DNA of 64,000 nucleotides from Anaplasma sp. (GTDB lineage Bacteria; Pseudomonadota; Alphaproteobacteria; Rickettsiales; Anaplasmataceae): NCBI GenBank assembly GCA_052043535.1, contig JBQEQW010000012.1, positions 21,560 to 85,559 of the forward strand, read 5' to 3'. Shown piece by piece: positions 59,851 to 64,000 of this stretch (position 1 is its first letter; each line of letters starts with the position of its first letter). The notes under the pieces were generated by a model. It saw only the letters and a program-made list of their open reading frames with translations, ran no database searches and was not told where the DNA came from. The position numbers and the translations under genes were made by a program.

Positions 59851-59970
59851 ACAAACCTGCCGAAATCAAAACAGGAGGTCAGGAAAACCCCCTTGAAGAT
59901 ATGCGATATGTCCGCACAATACACGAACACAACCTACAACGCTTTTATTTACATCAAGTTAACAGGAAAA

Positions 59971-61083
59971 TCATCCGCAATCAACGTGACCAAGCCGTTT
60001 TCTTTTTGTTTTCAAGTAGCTACTGTTGTGAGGGTTGGCCTCTACAGAGAGTGGTACCATTTCTGTGACGTTAAACCCGTGCTGGCGCATTCCCAGGACC
60101 TTACTTGGGTTGCTTGTGAGCATTTTGAATTCGGTAATTCCTAAGGCATCTAGGATATAAGCTGCAGGGAGGAAGACCCTCTCATCATCATTGAACCCCA
60201 AAAATCTGTTTGCGTCAACGGTGTCGAACAACCCCTGACCCTGCAGGTTGTAGGACCGTATTTTGTTTGTGATCCCGATGCCCCGTCCTTCTTGTGAGAT
60301 GTACAATATCACTCCCCCATCCGTGCTGCCTAGTAGTTGTATAGCCAGCAACAGCTGACCCCGACAATCACATGCCAAACTCCCCAGAAGATCACCCGTG
60401 TAACACGAAGAATGTAGTCGCACTATGGGATTCCGAAAGTCGGGATTTCCTACGATTATAGCGTAGTGTTCTGGCTCCACCATGTTTGATCGGTATACGA
60501 GTATTTTTGATGCTACGTGGTCATGTAGGAAAAGGTCCGACCTGCAAACTTCATGGAGGCTGTATCCGCTATGGTAGCTACAGAACGTAGTGTATGACAG
60601 AGATAAGATGTTGTTCTGTGTACACCACAGCCTCATAGCTTCATCGTCTTTGAAGTCCATGTCTACGATCAGGGCAGATGGCAGGACTGTTGCCAACTTC
60701 ATGAGGCCTATTGCGTAATCATCCAAGAGGTTGGCACTGTTGACTATTTGTGCCTTGGGCAAGACGCTTGGGCACGCAGTCAAGAAGGCGTGGATCTCCG
60801 CGAGCGTAAGTCCGGCCACCGGCGTCCTGGAGAGCACGCGTTTTCCGGTGATGAACTCTGTTCTGTTGGCCGTCAGCAGCAAGTACATTCCGTTGGAAAG
60901 CGAAGCAAGTGTGGCCAGAGAGTGTTCTTCGAGTAGCTCGCTTGCAAAGACCAACGCGTACCTGGAGCCGTGATAGAGCACAACCGGCGCTCGACGCCTT
61001 ATTTCCAGCACTGACCTTACTACAAGATTATTACCGAGGCCAAAAGCCTCGCCAACTGGGTTGCCCATTACACTCGGATCCAT
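59971..61083 (-). CDS. ribA: GTP cyclohydrolase II (RibA) with N-terminal degenerate RibB-like domain
   Basis: The C-terminal half is collinear with E. coli RibA (RLHSSCYTGD..CDC, QEGRGIG, KMLTSNP). The ORF track start (TTG 61116) lies inside tRNA-Leu. ATG 61083 is 7 nt clear of the tRNA. Confidence 0.8.
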   Translation of the reverse strand: MDPSVMGNPVGEAFGLGNNLVVRSVLEIRRRAPVVLYHGSRYALVFASELLEEHSLATLASLSNGMYLLLTANRTEFITGKRVLSRTPVAGLTLAEIHAFLTACPSVLPKAQIVNSANLLDDYAIGLMKLATVLPSALIVDMDFKDDEAMRLWCTQNNILSLSYTTFCSYHSGYSLHEVCRSDLFLHDHVASKILVYRSNMVEPEHYAIIVGNPDFRNPIVRLHSSCYTGDLLGSLACDCRGQLLLAIQLLGSTDGGVILYISQEGRGIGITNKIRSYNLQGQGLFDTVDANRFLGFNDDERVFLPAAYILDALGITEFKMLTSNPSKVLGMRQHGFNVTEMVPLSVEANPHNSSYLKTKRKRLGHVDCG

Positions 61084-61089
61084 GAATGA

Positions 61090-61174
61090 TGCGGTTAAGA
61101 AGACTCGAACTTCCAAGGCCTATACGGCCACAGCGACCTCAACGCTGCGTGTCTACCATTTCCACCACAACCGC
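61090..61174 (-). tRNA. tRNA-Leu (anticodon GAG)
   Basis: The reverse complement is gcggttg tg gtgg aaatggtag acac g cagcg ttGAGgt cgctg, then a 16-nt long variable arm, then ggaag ttcgagt cttct taaccgc a. 85 nt, class II tRNA. Confidence 0.9.
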
Positions 61175-61313
61175 GCGACATCAGCAATGATAGAAAAGGC
61201 AAATCTGCTTGTCAATAAACGGAACACAAGAGCGCCACAAGCCGCAAGCGCCGTACTCCTACTCTAGACCCGTACACACTGTACACTCGTGACTCCCTTC
61301 GCGCAGAGGGACA

Positions 61314-62402
61314 TCATGCAGAGGACGCGTTGGCCGCTGTTCCGGCAAGATCCCCATGGGACACTGCGAACAGCAATCCATCTACTCGGTTTCCGTATAT
61401 CTTGCACCGATTAACATAACTCAGGTGTAATCCCAACCTTTCCACTTGTTGCTGAACGTATGCTCCGGAATGGTAAAAAAAGTCACCTTCTTTGACGAAC
61501 CTGTACCTTTGTCCGCCACCCTCGCGTACCAGCGCAACCAACATGCCACCCTTAGCCAGCGACCCGCATATCATCCGAAGCACTTCGCCCAATCCCCCGA
61601 AGTAGTGCAGCACCTCGGTCACCACAATAACATCGTACTTTTTCCTGCTGTCCTTCAAGAATTCGAACATGTTCATGCACAGCAGCTCATTGTAGGCCTG
61701 ACGCCCCTGCACGAAACACTTTCTCGCAATATCGAGCATCCTGCGAGATATGTCAACACCAGTAATGTGACGGCCTATGCCCTTCATCTTCAGAAACTGG
61801 CCGCATATTCCGGTACCACACCCCAAGTCCAGGACCTCCAGCTCAGAGAACCTGCTGCCGAGGAAATTCATCACCAAGGACCGTACGTACTCGTGTCCTC
61901 TGTAATTTTGCGCTATGAGCCAGTGTTCGACGAAATACTCGCTTGTATAGTTGAAGTGCTGCCTGATTATATTTTCCGGTATTTCCGAAATACTGTCGGG
62001 AGATTCAATTTTTTGTAGGTAATATACAGACTCCTTGTGTGCTTTATCCAAGGACAACGCCCTTTCAAAACTCTTGACCGCCTTTCCTATGTCCCGCAGC
62101 ACCAGGTGACACCTACCAATATTGTAATACACATCCGGGAGCTTTGGCCTAACCAGACTGATCAACCAAAATCTTGCCTTGGCATCCTGGACGTTGCCCC
62201 TGTAAAAGTGGTACAAGCCAAGATCCATGTTGGTGGCAAGCAGGCACTTGGACTTGTCTCTTATCGATGATACGCCCTCCCCGATGGACACGCGGCCGTT
62301 CCGAATGAGCTCGACTACCTCTCCCGCACCTGGGAGCGAACAAAAAACCTTCGAACACAACGACCTGACCCCGCCTTGGAAGAAAGAAAGAATTCTCTTC
62401 AT
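61314..62402 (-). CDS. TPR-repeat plus class I SAM-dependent methyltransferase fusion protein
   Basis: N-terminal TPR-like helices (YYNIGRCHLVLRDIGKAVKSFERALSLD) are followed by SAM motif I VLDLGCGTG and motif post-I VDIS. Confidence 0.75.
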   Translation of the reverse strand: MKRILSFFQGGVRSLCSKVFCSLPGAGEVVELIRNGRVSIGEGVSSIRDKSKCLLATNMDLGLYHFYRGNVQDAKARFWLISLVRPKLPDVYYNIGRCHLVLRDIGKAVKSFERALSLDKAHKESVYYLQKIESPDSISEIPENIIRQHFNYTSEYFVEHWLIAQNYRGHEYVRSLVMNFLGSRFSELEVLDLGCGTGICGQFLKMKGIGRHITGVDISRRMLDIARKCFVQGRQAYNELLCMNMFEFLKDSRKKYDVIVVTEVLHYFGGLGEVLRMICGSLAKGGMLVALVREGGGQRYRFVKEGDFFYHSGAYVQQQVERLGLHLSYVNRCKIYGNRVDGLLFAVSHGDLAGTAANASSA

Positions 62403-62971
62403 ACTTCACCCGATAGGTAAGACAAAACTCCACACAAGACTGTGAGCGCTACTGGTAAGTTCTAAGACAAAATTGCATTTTTGCAAAGCCCTCTTTGATA
62501 AGGGAAAGAGCACGCAACCCTCAACGACCAGGGCGTGCCACCAACTTTGCGCCTACAAACAGCCTCCTCTGCGACCACAGCTGGCACCGATTGAGGTCCA
62601 CGAGCTCTAGTCGGCTCTCCAACTAAGACCTGCCCGGCATCTGTGGCCAGTTCACGGCGCCTCACGTGACCTTCGCGCCAGAGACTCCAAGGCAACGCAG
62701 CCACTAGCAAATCCCCACTATGCCGGGAACCTAAGTGCGCGCCGTACGTGCGACACCGTCCGACGCTGTACGCCTTGTAAGCAATGACATCCCAAATAAC
62801 CTCTCTACCCATAACATGCACGCCGCAAACATAATCTAACATGCTGCCGAAAACGCACCAAGGCCAAAGCAGCGCTAGCTGGAGCTACACTTCCCATAGG
62901 CGGAAGCATTTGCATAACACAAAACTTTGAACCACACGCCAGAATTATACGTCCACACGCAGCGCCTGTAA

Positions 62972-63793
62972 TTAGAAAACTTCACAGGCTACACCGAAGG
63001 CGCCCCGAAAGGATTCTGCAGCCTGTCCACTGATTACCGTATCACCGCTTGCTTGCCATTCCGTAAACAGAGCTCCTCCGGGCATACTTACAGTGCAATA
63101 TCTGTTTGTGATGCCCAGCCTAACCCCGGCTACGAGTGTAGCACAAGTGCCACTACCGCAGGAATGCGTCTCTCCCACACCCCTTTCCCATACTCTCAGG
63201 AGAATGTTGTCTCTCGAGACGGCCTGTCCTACACACACATTAGTCCTCTGTGGGAACAAGGGATGGTTTTCCACCACTGGGCCCCATGCTCCCAGATTGC
63301 AGTCTGCCACTGATTCAACGAAAAACACGACATGCGGGTTGCCCATACTGACCCCCACAGGCGAAGGTAGCGTCCCGATCGAAAGCGGGATGGATAAGGT
63401 GTCGCATTGTATAGCAACTGGTATATCCTGCCAGGCGAACCTCGGCTTGCCCATATTGACCCGCACGCCCCCGGTCTCTGTTTTTTCTGCAATAATGACG
63501 CGTCCTCCCACCTCTATGGATGCTGCATTACTTCCCGACTCTTCCATCAGCAGCTGACCCACGCATATCGCCGCATTCCCGCACATTCCTGCCTGGCTGC
63601 CGTCGGCATTGTGTATAATCATGGTGCAGTCCGCGTCAGTAGAACGTCTTATAGTAACCACCTGATCGCAGCCGACCCCGGTTCTCCTTTGCGCTATCTT
63701 CCCGTAGTCAACGTTCGGGGCGGCACCACTGATGTTTCTGCGGTCTATGATGACGAAGTCGTTTGCATTGTTGTGCATTTTGACGAAGTTCAT
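62972..63793 (-). CDS. dapF: diaminopimelate epimerase
   Basis: FVKMHNNANDFVIID and both catalytic Cys motifs (GNAAICV, SCGSGTCA). The ATG at 63793 lies within the ORF that opens at 63856. Confidence 0.9.
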   Translation of the reverse strand: MNFVKMHNNANDFVIIDRRNISGAAPNVDYGKIAQRRTGVGCDQVVTIRRSTDADCTMIIHNADGSQAGMCGNAAICVGQLLMEESGSNAASIEVGGRVIIAEKTETGGVRVNMGKPRFAWQDIPVAIQCDTLSIPLSIGTLPSPVGVSMGNPHVVFFVESVADCNLGAWGPVVENHPLFPQRTNVCVGQAVSRDNILLRVWERGVGETHSCGSGTCATLVAGVRLGITNRYCTVSMPGGALFTEWQASGDTVISGQAAESFRGAFGVACEVF

Positions 63794-64000
63794 GGCCCGG
63801 GTGAAAGATGGGAAACGCGGATGTGCGATTCTACCTAGAGGGTGGTAGCATTGCAAGTGAATCTATGGGCACCAGATCTACCATGGCCTCTTGGATCAAG
63901 GTGCTGATTTGTGGCGCGTTAGCGTGCGTTGCCGGCAAGTCTTGGTCCTCCTCTTCACCTTCCATGCGGTCTCTTGCAAGGCCGCACGTAGGCTGGTGCA

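Noticed and set aside
62462-62842. 126-aa ORF as a real gene.
   Set aside because: No SD, arginine/glycine/cysteine-rich composition, and no recognisable motif. Kept only as part of the spacer finding.
1-64000. CRISPR arrays, IS elements/transposases, integrases, rRNA operons, and msp2/msp3-type truncated donor cassettes (functional pseudogenes).
   Set aside because: I saw no direct-repeat/spacer periodicity, no transposase or integrase motifs in any ORF, no rRNA-like sequence, and no truncated OMP fragments. All four OMP genes are full length with signal and terminal strand.
63836-64000. Minus-strand open frame running in from the right edge (...MEGEEEDQDLPATHANAPQISTLIQEAMVDLVPIDSL...) as the 3' end of a gene.
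   Set aside because: Only ~54 codons are visible, there is no recognisable motif, and it would overlap the extended dapF ORF. It cannot be supported from this window alone.

Overview
This 64-kb chromosomal segment reads like an Anaplasmataceae genome, closest by eye to the Anaplasma marginale group. Supporting signs are a roughly balanced GC content, four Msp2/OMP1-superfamily outer-membrane paralogs, the split virB8-virB9-virB10-virB11-virD4 type IV secretion half-operon, and retained DAP/peptidoglycan genes (asd, dapF, a SEDS protein). I can support about 58 protein genes and 3 tRNAs. Most are housekeeping: uvrB, secD, ubiD, ftsZ, ybeY, parAB, rimM-trmD-rplS, cinA, thrS-infC, tsaE, asd, ybaB-dnaX, gap, metK, glyQS, dnaJ, nadC, plsY, ruvC, ctaE, hemE, tlyC, nadA, fdxA, ilvC, ribA and dapF. 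Points worth a second look: (1) The left-edge 6.4 kb carries four mutually related, unrecognised acidic proteins with no signal peptides, plus two small Shine-Dalgarno-led ORFs, arranged around an OMP gene. I suggest this is a secreted-protein locus. (2) The AT-rich hemE-tlyC intergenic region holds a perfect DnaA box, three TTATGCACA boxes and inverted TTATCAACA boxes, and is the likely oriC. (3) A near-consensus parS palindrome lies inside the 3' end of ybeY, just upstream of parAB. (4) An isolated HK97/GTA-like portal plus prohead-protease pair sits next to the origin. (5) Several orphan multi-pass membrane proteins, a long acidic tail on VirD4, an orphan ilvC and a RibA with a degenerate RibB-like N-domain are also present. 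I saw no CRISPR array, IS/transposase or rRNA. All family calls come from recognising motifs by eye; no search was run. Coordinates I derived myself, such as motifs and alternative starts, may be off by 1-2 nt.
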